A stretch of 64,000 nt of DNA from Mobula hypostoma. Its lineage: Eukaryota. Under the pieces are notes generated by a model. It did no database searches and was not told the origin of the DNA. It worked only from the letters and a program-made list of their open reading frames with translations. Positions 51,613 to 64,000 of this stretch are shown one piece after another. A program made the position numbers and the translations under genes. Numbering within the stretch: position 1 is the first letter of the stretch; each line of letters begins with the position of its first letter. The DNA lies in NCBI RefSeq assembly GCF_963921235.1, contig NC_086097.1, forward strand, positions 165,418,001 to 165,482,000. The letters are read 5' to 3'.

Positions 51613-53934
51613 GAGTTAGATGAAAGGTTCAAGAACCAATGTAAAGGCTTGAACTTAAAAATATTAGATGTGCATTCAATTGTAGTACAGAGAGAATGAA
51701 TGCTGCATTCCTGAAAGGCTTCCATTCCTTGTTTGCTCCCTCAGGTTAGAAGAAAAGTTCCAATCCTGATCAGATTTTACAACTAAAACAGATTAGCCAC
51801 TGTGTACAAATCAACTGCCATGTTTCCTTCACTACAGCAGCAACACAATATTATGAGAGATGTGGTAAAAATCCAGATCCTTTTCAAGTCTCAAGCAACC
51901 CAATATTGGACAGAATTAAAGAAGCTTTGTTTGAGAATTGCAATAGCAGGTAAAATGGGATGAAAGACTGGAGTATTATCAGCTGAAATATTTCCTCCAA
52001 CATTCATACCCAGACAGTCTTGATATGGAGCTCTTGTGAAACATAATGCTAATATCTGATATATTTACTTTGGAGAGAAAACTGGTCCCAATAGTTCCTT
52101 ACCATATATGTACCATCTTTAAGGTGGAATGTTTTTCTTGTCTGCTCACAGTGTTCTCAGAGCTGGTAAGGATCCCTTGTGTTGGTTTCTGTGTGATGGT
52201 TATGCATAGGCATTTGGTTCTTCACTCCAGCTTGTAAGACCACTGTTCCACATGTCCTAAAGGTTTTCTGTTGCAAACAGTACTCCTCTCCTAATAACTT
52301 CAATGAATTGTTTTAAAATTTAATTTGTAATTACATGGCATATTACAGTAAAGTTCATCACCAACTCTAAATCAACAAATATCATTCAAATGAATTTCAT
52401 TCCTCTTTACTTTAGAATTTATTTAAATCTTCAATGCATCCAATGTGAGGGAGTAAAAATCTCTGTGTTGAGACTTCGTTGCAATGTACAGACATGTGAG
52501 TAAAAGTCTAATGGCTTGTAGAAAGAAGTTGTCCCGTAGCCAGCTTTTGTGTTTGTTTGTGACCAGACTATTAGCTTGATTCTAATCTTAGAATCTAGAT
52601 CACTTGTTAATGCTGCAATTTTACGGAAAATTCACAGTTACGACAGTAAGGGTGGTTTTATTTAAGCCCAACAGGAAAACTATTTGGTGTAAATAGACTG
52701 CAAATTGAACAACCATTAACAGCAATGAATGAAAGACAGGCAACCATGAAACATTTATAATTGCATAAAAATATTCCATGGGTTTGCAAATTTAATGATA
52801 TTTTTGTGGAAGTTTTATTTTAAAATGATCTTAATACTTTTCCCTTAGATCACAACAAAACATGAAAATATGACAGTTCACAATTTATATAATTTTTCAC
52901 TAAAAAATCATTGGATCTTAGAAGCACATTGACAAAACTGTTTTTGACTTTAACACTGTTCTCCACACACTGGAATGTTCTGTTTTAATCTGCTTTCATT
53001 CATTTGTCCTTAACTTTTTTATTTCTGAAATGTTACTTGGCGTTTTCCAGGTACATGTGTCTGTCATAAATCAGGGGGTTGTAGAGAGCTCGGTTTAGTA
53101 ATCTTTTTATACACACATCTCACCTCAGTCATTTTAGGACCATAAGATATAGGAGCAATATTAGGCTATTTGGCCCATTGAATCTACTACACCATTTGAT
53201 AATGGCTTACTTATTTTCACAGCATAGTGGATAATCAACCTGTCAATGATTCCTTCCATCATAAAGAACATATACCAACTTTAATGTAGTAGAAACTTCT
53301 CAAAACATTTTGTCAGTGTGTTGTTTGGCTTGATAATGAGAGTGGGATGCACGTATGTTGGGAAGGACAACCAAAAACTTGGAGAGTTTTAGGCAGTATC
53401 TGAAAGTTGTGTATTCTCGAAGGTAATTCCAGAGTTTAGTTTTGACACCTGAAGACAGTTTCCAATGCTTCCAAAGTTTCCAGTACTTAAGCTTGTGATG
53501 GCAGGATCAAGGATCAGCTTTATTCGCCATGTACATGTATTAGAAATTTGCTGTGCTGTGTTGGTTCTGGGTGTGACATGCAACAAAAAAAAATTCAACA
53601 ATCATAAAAAAAATTATATAAAAACAAAGTTAGGTTAAAATAAGGATAGATAATAAACTGTGCATAAATACATAATAAAAGTGATTTAAAGTGTTTACAG
53701 TACAGTGACAAGGGTAATAGGGGATTGGGGGCTAACTAAAATGGTTGATCAGATTAATTGCCTGGGGGAAGAAACATTTAAAATGGTGTGATTTTTTTTG
53801 TTGTTGTTTTAGTAGTCCTATAGCCCCTTTCAGAAGGGAGCTTTTGACGAAGGGAATTTGCAGGGTGAGTAGTGTCAGAACCAGGAGACCAGAATTTGAG
53901 GAGTAAAGATATCTAGACAGGATGTCAGAAATTT

Positions 53935-54420
53935 GAAACATAGAAACATAGAAAATAGGTGCAGGAGTAGGCCATTTGGCCCTTCGAGCCTGCACCACCA
54001 TTCAGTATGATCATGGCTGATTATCCAACTCAGAACCCTGTACCAGCCTTCCCTCCATACCCCCGATCCCTTTAGCCACAAGGGCCATATCTAACTCCCT
54101 CTTAAGTATAGCCAATGAACTGGCCTCAACTGTTTCTTGTGGCAGAGAATTCCACAGATTCACCACTCTCTTTGCGAAGAAGTTTTTCCTAATCTCAGTC
54201 CTAAAAAGCTTCCCCTTTATCCTCAAACTGTGACCCCCTCGTTCTGGACTTCCCCAACATCGGGAACAATCTTCCTGCATCCATCCTGTCCAATCCCTTT
54301 AGGATTTTATACATTTCAATAAGATCCCCCCTCAATCTTCTAAATTCCAGAGAGTATAAGCCTAGTCGATCCAGTCTTCCAGCATATGAAAGTCCTGCCA
54401 TCCCAGGAATCAATCTGATG
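53935..54420 (-). mobile_element. CR1 3' fragment
   Basis: MIPGMAGLSY..RLDRLGLYSLEFRRLRGDLIE and a (tttctatg)n tail. Confidence 0.9.
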
Positions 54421-55189
54421 AAAGATGGGAAAAGTCAAAGATAAAGTTTTTGGCTGTGGCATCAACATGGTTGGACCAGGAATGTAATTGCTGTGAGTTA
54501 GGACCAATGCAGTAGAGTTTGAATCACATTAAATTTGCAATGCTGTGGGAGCCTGAACAAAGTCAATTGGAGAGTAAACCAGAGGTCAACAATAGAGAAG
54601 TTGAGGAAGCGAGAGTTAAACAATGTTATTGAGATGGAAATTGGCAGTCTTACTGATGTTAGAAATATGTAAATTATAATAAGTTATAATTTCACATGGC
54701 TGCAGGGGGAGAGAGAGAGAGGGTTGAACAGCTAGGGAATAGAATTTGGACAGGATCCAAAAACATGAAGGTGATGGATTCAGTCTTCCAATTTCTGTTT
54801 GCTCAGTGTTGGATGTTGTCCAAATGTTTCTAATATTTGAGTTTAAATAAATGATTTTCTTTTAATCTAATATGGAACTTTGTTGAAAGAATTTTCATAA
54901 TGCTGCTCTCTTGTTTGAAGCATTTGTAATCACTGGATTAGCTTTAAACATAAACACTAGAAACTCCCATGCCATCTTTATACAGACACGGCCACTGAAG
55001 TATACTCTTAAAATAGTTTGAGGACATGAATAGTAGAAAGTACATAGATCAGTATGGCACAGGAACAGGCCCTTTAGCCCACAGAGTCTGTGTTAAACAC
55101 AATGCCAAATCCCTTCTGCCTGCACGTGATCCATATCCTTCCTGCATATGACGAGACAAGGTGAGGAGGTCCTAAAGAAAACTGAAAAA

Positions 55190-57945
55190 CAGGACCTCCG
55201 GGTAGTAATCTCTGAATTGCTGCCTGCGCCACGTGCCAGTGAGGGTAAGAATAGGATGATTTAGTGGGATGAATGCATGGCTGAGGAACTGGTACAGAGG
55301 GCAGAGGTTCAGATTTGCGGATCATTGGGTTCTCTTCTCGGGAAGGTATCATCTGTACAAAAGGGAAAGGTTACACCTGAACCCGAGGAGACCCAATATC
55401 CTTGCGGGCAGGTTTGCTAGAGTTGTTCAGGAAGGTTTAAACTAATTTGGTAGGGAGATAGGGACCAGAGTGATAGTGCTGAGGATGAGGGCTGATGATA
55501 GAGCAAAACTGCAGTCAACAGGCTGAGTTGCAATGTAAAAGGTGGACAAAATTGAAAAGGATGAATACAGGACAGAAGGTGTTATATTTGAATACACACA
55601 ATATATGGAATAAGGTAGATGTAGCACCACTGGGCATGAATCATGGCTGAAAGAAGATTATAGCTGGGAGATTAACGTCCAAGGATACATATTGTATCAA
55701 AAAGACAGGCAGGTATGCAGAAGGGCTGGTGTGGCTCTATTGGTAAAAAATGAAATCAAATCATTAAAAGCAGCTGACGTAGGATTGTAAGGTGTTGAAT
55801 TGTGGTTAGAGCTAAGGAACTGCAAGGGTAAAAAGATGCTGATGGGAGTTATAGACAGACCCCCAAACAATAGGAAGGATGTGGTCTATAAATTACAACA
55901 GGAGAGAAAAAATGCATGCCAAAGGGCAATGTTACAATAGTCATGGGTGGGGGTGGTTCAATATGGAGACAAGATTAGGAAAATCAGGTTGGTGCTGGAT
56001 CCCAAGAGAAGGATTTTCCAGAATGCTGACGAGATGGGTTTTTATAGCAGCTTGTAGGGCACCAGCTATTCCAGACTGAGTGCTGTGTAATGAACCAGAG
56101 TTGATTTGTGAATTTAAAGTAAAAGAACTCTTAGGAGAAAGTGATCATAATATGATTGAATTCATCCTGAAATTTGAGGAAAAGCTGAAGTCAGATGTAT
56201 CAGTATTACAGTGGAGTAAAGGGAGTATAGTGGAGGCATGAGAGAGGAGTTCGCCAGAACTGATTGGAAATAAACACAGGCAAGGATTTCTGAAAGCAAT
56301 TCAGAAGGCGTAGGATTGATTCATCTCAAACATGAATTATTTTTAAAGAACCATGACATGGGAAGTCAAAGACAGCATAAAAGCAAAAGAGAGGGTATAT
56401 AATACAGCAAAAATTAGTGGGAAGTTTGTGAACTGAGAAGCTTTTAAAAAGCAACTAAAAAGTCATTAAGAAGGAAAAGATGGAATAGAAAAGTAAGCTA
56501 GCCAATAATGTTAAAGAAGATACTAGAAGTTTCTTTAGAGACATCAAGCGTAAAAGAGAGGTGAGAGAGGATATTGGACTGCTGGAAAATGATGCCGGAG
56601 AGTAGTAATGGTGGACAGACCAAATAAGTATTTTGCATCGGTATTCATAGTGGAAGACACCAGCAGTGTGCTAGAAGTTCAAGAGTGTCAGAGGTCAGAA
56701 GTGTGTGAAGTTGCCATTACTAGGGAGAAGGTTCTTGGGAAACTGAGAAGTCTGAAGCTAGATAAGTCACCTGGACCAGATGTTGTGCACCTCAGGGTTC
56801 TGAAAGAGGTGGCTAAAGAGATTGTGGAGGCATCAGTAATGATCTTCCAAAAATCACTAGATTCTGGAATGGTTTCAGAAGACTGGAAGACTGCAAATGT
56901 CACTTCACTCTTCAAGAAAGGAGATGGACAGATGAAAGGAAACTATAGGCCAGTTAGTCCGACCTCAGTGGTTAGTAAGATGTTGGAGTCGATTTTTTAG
57001 GATGTGGTTTCAGGATGCATGTTAAAATAGGACATAACATGGTTTCCTCAAGGGAAATTTTGACTGACAAATCTATTGGAATTCTTTGAAGAAGTAACAA
57101 ACAGGATGGATAAAGGAGAATCGGTGGATGTTCTGTACTTGGATTTTTAGAAGGACTTTGACAAGATGCCACAACATGAGGCTGCTTAACAAGTAGAAAA
57201 TTCAAGAGAATTCTTGAAAATTCAAAAATCTGATGCACAAAGGGACTTGGGAGTCCTTCTGCTGGATTCACTAAAGGTTAATTTGTAGGTTGAGTCGTTG
57301 GTGAGGAAGGCAAATGCAATGTCAGTATTAATTACAAGAGGATTAGAATATAAAAGCAAGGATGTAATTTTAAGGTTTTATAGAGCACTGTGAGGCCTCA
57401 CTTGGGGTATAGTGAGCAGTTTTGGGCCCCTTATCTTAGAAAGGTTGTGCTGACACTGGACAGGGTTCAAAGGAGGTTCATGAAGATGATTCCAGTATTG
57501 AACTGCTTTTCATATAAAGAGTGTTGTTTGATGGCTCTCGGCCTGTATTCATTGGAATTCAGAAGGATGAGGAGTGACCTAAATTGAAACCTATTACATG
57601 TTGAAAGGCCTTGATAGAATGGATGAGAAGAGGATGTTTCCTATGGTGGGAGAGTCCAGGACCAGAGGACACAGCCTCAGAAAAGAGGGTGTCCTTTTAA
57701 AACGGAGAAGAAGTGGAATTTCTATAGCCAGAGAGTGGTGAATCTATGGAATTCTTTGCCACTGGTGGCTGTAGAGGCCAAGTCTTTATGTATATTAAGG
57801 CAGAAGTTGATAGATTCTTGATTGATCAGGGCATGAAAGGATACGGGGACAAGGCAGGATATTTGGGCTGCGGGGGAAAGTGGATCAGCCATGATGAAAT
57901 GAAACAGACTTGATGGGCCAAATGGTTAATTTTGTTCCTATATAT
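55190..57945 (+). mobile_element. CR1 (ORF1 end to 3' UTR, internally deleted)
   Basis: KSPGPDVVHLRVLKE...DWKTANVT..NYRPVS (56608..7000 region) and RPHLGY.EQFWAPYLRK. Confidence 0.88.
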
Positions 57946-58249
57946 TATAGTTTTGCATCTGTTTACTAATAATCTCAAACACCAGTTTTGTATCTGCTTC
58001 TACCGTTACCCCTGACAGCCTGTTCCAGGCATCTAGCACTCTCCTTATAAAAATAAACTTGACCCGCACATCTCCCTTAAAACGACCTGCCTCCCACCTT
58101 AAAGCAGTCGTAATGTTTCTGAACTTGAACAACCACTTGTGTTCGCTCTATGGATAACACCATAAGGCATAGTGTTAATGTGTGTAAGGAAAGGGTGTGG
58201 TTACATGTGCGAATCTGTCTTTTGATTAAAGCCATCTGTATGTTCACTG

Positions 58250-58890
58250 GAACACACACAAAATGTTGGAGGAACTCAGCAGGCCAGGCAGCATCTATGG
58301 AAAAAAAGCATAATCGATGTTTCGGGCCAAGACCCTTTGGCAGGACTGGAGAAAAAAAAGCTGAGGAGTAGATTTACAAGGTGGGTGGAGGGGAGAGAGA
58401 AACACCAGGCGATAGGTGAAATCCGAAGGGGGAGGGAGGAAGTAAAGAGCTCAGTAGCCTCCAACCTGATGACATGAGCATTGATTTCTCAAACTTCCGG
58501 TAATGCCCCCTTCACCATTCCTCATCCCCTTTTCCTTCTCTCATTTTATCTCCTTGCCAGTCCATTGCCTTGCTCTGTTGCTCCTCTCCCCTTTCTTTCT
58601 TCCATGGCCTTCTGTCCTCTCTATCAGACTCCCCCTTCTCCAGCTCTGTATCTCTTTCACCAATCATCCTCCCAGTTCTTTACTTCAACCCTTCCCCTCC
58701 CAGTTTCACCTACAACCTTGTGCTTCTCTCTCCCCTCCCCCCACCTTTTAAATCTATTCCTCAGCGTTTTTTCTCCAATCCTGCCGAAGGGTCGCAGCCC
58801 AAAACGCCGGCTGTACTTTTTTCCATAGATGCAGCATTTTGTGTGTGGTACTTGGATTTGCAGTATCTGCAAATTTTCTCTTGTTTGTGT
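58250..58890. mobile_element. Penelope 3' fragment with inverted upstream pseudo-LTR
   Basis: Minus-strand pLTR at 58250-58455, then the plus-strand GIY-YIG end (SLQPDDMSIDFSNFR*) and pLTR. Confidence 0.85.
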
Positions 58891-59059
58891 ATGTTCACTG
58901 ATTAGGTTTTGTCTGCATAATATGGGCAGTGTTAAAGTGATCCGTGGATGCCCAGGAATTGAATCTATTTGAGACACATTTAGCTTTTAGTTCTTGGTAT
59001 TGATTACTTCCATATTGTTTGGCAAACATCAGGAAATTGGCCCAGGTACTTCTGAGTGC

Positions 59060-60020
59060 AAATCACAATAGCATAAATGATGGCAACACACACAGTGTAT
59101 CCAAGGTAGCTGGAAGGTGTGATTTTATATGATCCATTACCAGCCGCTCAAAGCACTTAAGTGCCACTGGGCGGTGATCATTTAGGCCAGTGACCGCTGC
59201 GGCCCACGAGAATGATTTTGACTGCTTTGAGCATCCTGTCCCCCGATTTGAAGGCAGCATCCCGCTTCCTAAAAAGTGCAGGAACCTCTGCAGTCAGCCT
59301 TGGTTTCTGGTTTGTCCTGGCAGTGTAGTGTTGAATCACGGTAATGTCCTCAATGCACTTTCCTATGTTGCCAGTCACCAATTCCGCATATTCATCAATG
59401 TTGACGTGAAGATCATAGGTAGCCACCTCCCTGAATATGCTCCAGTCTGTGCTTTCAAAGCAGTCCAGCAGCGCTGAAGTGGGACCTTCTGGCCAGGTCC
59501 TGACCACCCTGTGAATTGATTTGACTTGGTTAACTAGCGGTCTGTATGCAGGGTTTAGCAAAATGGACACGTGGTTTTGCATTTGAGGTGAGGATGGGGG
59601 CATCCTTATTGGCTCTACAAACATTGGTGTAAACCAGGTCTAATATATTTCCTCCTCTGGTTGCAAAGTTGGTGTGATAGTAGAACTTCCACTGGACTGT
59701 TTTTAAGCTGGCATTACTGAAGGCACCATTGGGGTGAGTGGCTTCGTGGTCACAAATGGTGCCGTGGACCTCGTGCACTGCTTCCCCAGCACTTGTATGG
59801 GGGGAATGTAAGCAACAATAATCACAATGGCTGCGAACTCCCTCGGTAAGTAGAAGGTCATACACCTCACTATTAATAACTCTACCTGTGCTGAGCTGTG
59901 GGTTCTTACTACCAAGGCGTTCGTACACCAGTTCTTATTGATGTGGACACATAGACCTCCTCTGCAGGCCTTGCTGGAGATAGTATTTCTGTCCACTCAA
60001 AAGGTTAGATTAGGCAGCAA
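59060..60020 (-). mobile_element. Rex1/Babar endonuclease-region fragment
   Basis: RGGLCVHINKNWC, FYLPREF..VAYIPP, TRGGNILDLVYTN, DCFESTDW and LKCFERLV motifs. Confidence 0.85.
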
Positions 60021-60064
60021 TATTGATTTCTGCAGGCAGTTGCTGTCAGGAACCAAGGAAGTTT

Positions 60065-60985
60065 GAAGAGAGAAACTAGGGATGCTGGAATCTGGAGCAA
60101 CACAGAAGGCTGGAGGAACTCGGTGGGTCAGACAGTTTTTATGGAGGGAAAAGGACAGTGGATAATCTGGCATCTGGACACGCATATAGCCAATATTAAA
60201 AGGTAGAGGGAAGGAGTAAGGGATTTAATAGGCAGACTGGGGAGGGATAAATGGGAAGAGTGCCAGAAGCTGGGAGGTGATGAGGGAAGTGACAAAGAGC
60301 TAAAGATAATGGAACTTGATAGGAGAGGAAGGTGGTGTATGGAATAAAGGAGGGAGGAGGGGAAAGAAACGGTGAAGGGAGCTGGTTAGTTCAGTAGAGA
60401 GAAAAGGAATTGAAGCAGATCAGTTTACTAGAAGTTGGAGAATTCAATATTCCTGTTTCCAGGTTGTAGCCTACCCAGTCAGAATATAAGGAACTATTGC
60501 ATGAGTTTGCATTTAGCTTCATCTAGACTCGTGGCAGTGAAGGAGACTGAGCACACACAAGTCAGTGTGGGAATGGGGAGGAGAATTAAAATAGCTGGCA
60601 ACTGGGAGATCAGATTGCCACTACAGATGGAACATAGGTGAGGTCAGTGTCTGGTCTAGACGTGGAAAGGTTACACTGGGAGCATCCGATGGTATAAATA
60701 ACTCTAAGAGTACAGTACATGCATATGAAAGACTGCCTCACCCGGAAGGGCTGCACTGGACCCTGTGTGATGGTGAGAGAGGTTCTGTCGAGACAGGTGA
60801 TGCCCTTTTTCAGGTTACGGAGAGAGTGCCTTGGGGAGGTGGGGTGGATGGTGGGTGAGTGAGTGGACCAGGGAATCATGAAGAGAGTGATCCCTGTAAA
60901 AAGTGGTGGGGAGGAGAGGTGTATTTGGTGCTGAGATGACATTGAAGCTGGCAGAGGTTGCCAAGAATAAAATGATGAAAGTAAA
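60065..60985 (-). mobile_element. Old Penelope 3' fragment
   Basis: ITQGPVQPFRVRQSFIC..VIYTIGCSQC (GIY-YIG N-part, ORF 60610..60942), plus a purine-rich UTR on the + strand. Confidence 0.7.
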
Positions 60986-61164
60986 GTTTTAATACAAGGA
61001 ACAAGCTGAAAATCTTATTAATTATTAACCAATTGCTTTTTGCTTATTTTGTGAAGTTTCTTCTAAATTTTGTATAGGGCGTTTCATTTGGGTCAGCCGA
61101 TCTTTGCACCAAAGTGGATGAACAATTTCTGGCAATTATGTTTAAAAACATCTCAGTTCCTTAT

Positions 61165-62965
61165 AGAGCACAGAACATAGAACAGTACAACACAGGAACA
61201 GACCCTTCAGCTCACAATGTTATACTGAACCAATTCAATTAGTAATCAAATGACTAACTAACCTAATCTCTTATGTCTACACAACATCCATATCCTTCCA
61301 TTTTCCTCACGTTCACATGCCTATCCAAACTGTCTCTTAAAGTCCCAAGTGTTGCCTCAACCACCAACCCAGGCAGTGCATTCCAGGCACCCACCACTTG
61401 TTGTGTTACAACTTGCCCCTCTTATGGCCTTTAAAATTACCTCCTCTCACCTTAAATGTATACTGTCTGGTATTAGACATTTCAACTCTGGGAATAAGAT
61501 GCTGTCTACTCTATCTATGCCTCTAATAATCTTATAATCGTCTATCAGATCTCCCCTCAGACTCTGTCACGTCAGAAGAAAAACAACTCAAGTTTGTCCA
61601 GCCTCTCATTATAGTGCATGCCCTATAATTCAGGCAGCATCCTAGTAAACCTCTCTTCCACCCTCTCCAAAGCTTATAATGGGGCAACCAGAACTGCATG
61701 CAATACTCCAGATGCAGCCTAACTACAGTTTTGTAAAGTTGCAACATAACATCCTGAACTCAATGCCTCAACTAATAAAGACAGGCATGCTATCTGTCTT
61801 CTGAACCACCCTATCAACTTGTGTAGCCACTTTCAGGGAGCTGTGAACTTGGACACCAAGATCCCTCTGTTCATCAACACTGTTTAGGGTCTTGTCCTTG
61901 ACAGTGTCCGAGATCCCTCTGTTCATCAACACTGTTTAGGGTCTTGTCCTTGACAGTGTCCGAGATCCCTCTGTTCATCAACACTGTTTAGGGTCTTGTC
62001 CTTGACAGTGTCCGAGATCCCTCTGTTCATCAACACTGTTTAGGGTCTTGTCCTTGACGGTGTCCGAGATCCCTCTGTTCATCAACACTGTTTAGGGTCT
62101 TGTCCTTGACAGTGTCCGAGATCCCTCTGTTCATCAACACTGTTTAGGGTCTTGTCCTTGACAGTGTCCGAGATCCCTCTGTTCATCAACACTGTTTAGG
62201 GTCTTGTCCTTAACAGTGTCTGAGATCTTTCTGTTCATCAACACTGTTTAGGGTCTTGTTCTTAACAGTGTACTGTCTCTTTCTATTTGACCTACCATAG
62301 TGCAACATTTCACATATGGCTGGGTTAATCTTCATCTGCCACTTCTCCATCCATATCTGTAACTGATCTATATTCTGCTGCATCCTTTGAGGACTCGATC
62401 CACAATACCACCAATCTTTGTATTATCTGCAAACTTACCATCTAAATTTTCATCCAGGTCATTTATATAGTACATTACAAACAGCAGAGGCCGCAGTACA
62501 GTTAACTACAGAACACCACCTAATCAGACCTCCAGCTAGAACAAGTCCCTTTGACCACTACCCTGTCTTCTAGGGGCAAGCCTTGTCTTCTATGGGCAAG
62601 CCAGTTCTGAATCCAAATGGCCAATTCACCATGGATCCCATTCATCTTAACCTTCTGGATGAACCTCCCCGAGGGACCTTGTCAAAGCTTACTAAAATCC
62701 ATGTACGTAACATCCACAGTTCAACCTTCATCAATTACCCTTGTCACCTCATAAAAAATATCAATCAAGTTAGTAAGACACAACTTGCCCTGCACAATGC
62801 CATACTGGCTCTCCCTAATTAATGCTATAGCTTTCCTATCCCTAAGAATTCTCCCCAGTAACTTCCCTACAACTGACATGAGACTCACCGGTCTATAGTT
62901 TCCAGGATTATCCCTGGTTCCCTCCCTGAATAATGGAACAAGATTAGCTACCCAGAAGTCCTCTG
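61165..62965 (-). mobile_element. CR1 fragment containing a minisatellite
   Basis: MLQLYKTVVRLHLEYCMQFWLPHY (61532..61747), with RT remnants on both sides of the array. Confidence 0.85.
61856..62271. repeat. Tandem array, 8 x 52 bp
   Basis: Unit CCGAGATCCCTCTGTTCATCAACACTGTTTAGGGTCTTGTCCTTGACAGTGT. Period 52, no spacers. Confidence 0.97.
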
Positions 62966-63329
62966 GGAGGATTTGAAGCAGTCATGATTTTTGAAATCTG
63001 AAGATGAGTCCAAAGCTTTTGGAGGTTGGGGTGGGACCGGTTGGTGGTTCAAACACTAGTGGCAGGGACCAACTACCATGACTAAAGGATTCCACCAAAT
63101 GTGGAGTTGATGACTGGAGTATTTATTTGCTAAAATAGTATTTATATAAAATGAAACAATGTGCCAGCCATTTACCATAGAAGAGCAGTTGTGTAAAACT
63201 TGCATTAGCATTTCTTAGGAGTGGTAATTCATTATTCTTCAACATTTGTCAAAAATAAAACAGAACCTACAGGAACACACAAAGGGCTAGAAAGTCACGA
63301 GTGATTCTGTGGATGTTACAAAGCTTTGA

Positions 63330-63460
63330 GCAACACACATAAAATGCTGGAGGAACTCAGTGGGTTAGGCAGCATCTGGGGGGGGGATGCAGAGTGAATA
63401 TTTTGGGGTGAGACCCTCCATCAGGATGCTGCCTGACCTGTTGAGATCCTCCAGCATTTA
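63330..63460. mobile_element. Palindromic Penelope pseudo-LTR remnant
   Basis: aaatgctggaggaactcag..ggcagcatc is the reverse complement of gatgctgcc..gagatcctccagcattt. Confidence 0.65.
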
Positions 63461-64000
63461 AAACGTATTGACAAAGATAATGTGTGTGGCATATATTTGA
63501 GGCATGTTGCTCAGCAACCTAGAAATTTAAATCTTGGCATTCCTAAACCAGATGAAGGTGAGATTAGATTTATATTAAATAGCCCACTGACACTCACTGT
63601 TTATTTGTTTATGATCAGTGGTCAGTGCTGATGCCTTCAGGAAAAGTGCAGACAAAAAAGAAAGGAAAATGTAGAACAATTCATTCATCATAATCATCCC
63701 TGAAGGTGTCCTGTCTTAAGCTAATGAAACATATCACCAAGAGAAGATGGAGTTTATAGGTCATTAGGCGGAGGTGGGGGAGTGCACGGGGAAATTAAAC
63801 AATTAATGGAGTAACAAACAATCTGCTGGAAAAACTTAATGGCTCGAGCAGCATTTGTGAGAGGAAGGAATTGTTGACATGAAAGATAGAGAATCTGTTG
63901 GGTTTTTAGACCAATTGTTGCTAGGGTTATTTCTTTCTCTGCTAATCTAGAAGCTATCAAGTTAGTTTAATTTAAAATCTGCTGTGGTGGGATTTTAGCT

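Noticed and set aside
61856..62271. CRISPR-like regular repeat array
   Set aside because: Units are head-to-tail with no unique spacers, there are no cas genes, the context is eukaryotic, and the unit is CR1-derived.

Overview
Eukaryotic, transposon-dense vertebrate DNA. The repeat set (CR1, Rex1/Babar, Penelope with pseudo-LTRs, V-SINE, Deu-type SINE) suggests a cartilaginous fish, probably a ray; this is an inference. The only host gene I can support is TWSG1 (twisted gastrulation, a BMP modulator) on the + strand. Three internal/terminal coding exons are present: 40907-41006, 46097-46363 and 48857-49038. They have GT-AG sites, splice in frame to 182 aa plus stop, and are followed by a 3' UTR. 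The exon carrying the start codon and signal peptide was not found, so 1-40906 is most likely one very long intron. That intron and the downstream region are a mosaic of decayed elements: a full-length Mag-type Gypsy with both LTRs and a 5-bp TSD, a CsRn1-type Gypsy, an IR/DR Tc1, mariner and Tigger-like MITEs, a four-level nested LINE/hAT/hAT/retroposon stack, many CR1 and Rex1 fragments, and an 8 x 52-bp minisatellite born inside CR1. The most interesting signal is a dispersed family of Penelope pseudo-LTRs carrying minimal type-I hammerhead ribozyme motifs. One copy has a complete core and lies sense to the TWSG1 pre-mRNA (17662-17703). Almost all other ORFs in the track are TE remnants or spurious. 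TE boundaries without a stated TSD or TIR are approximate.
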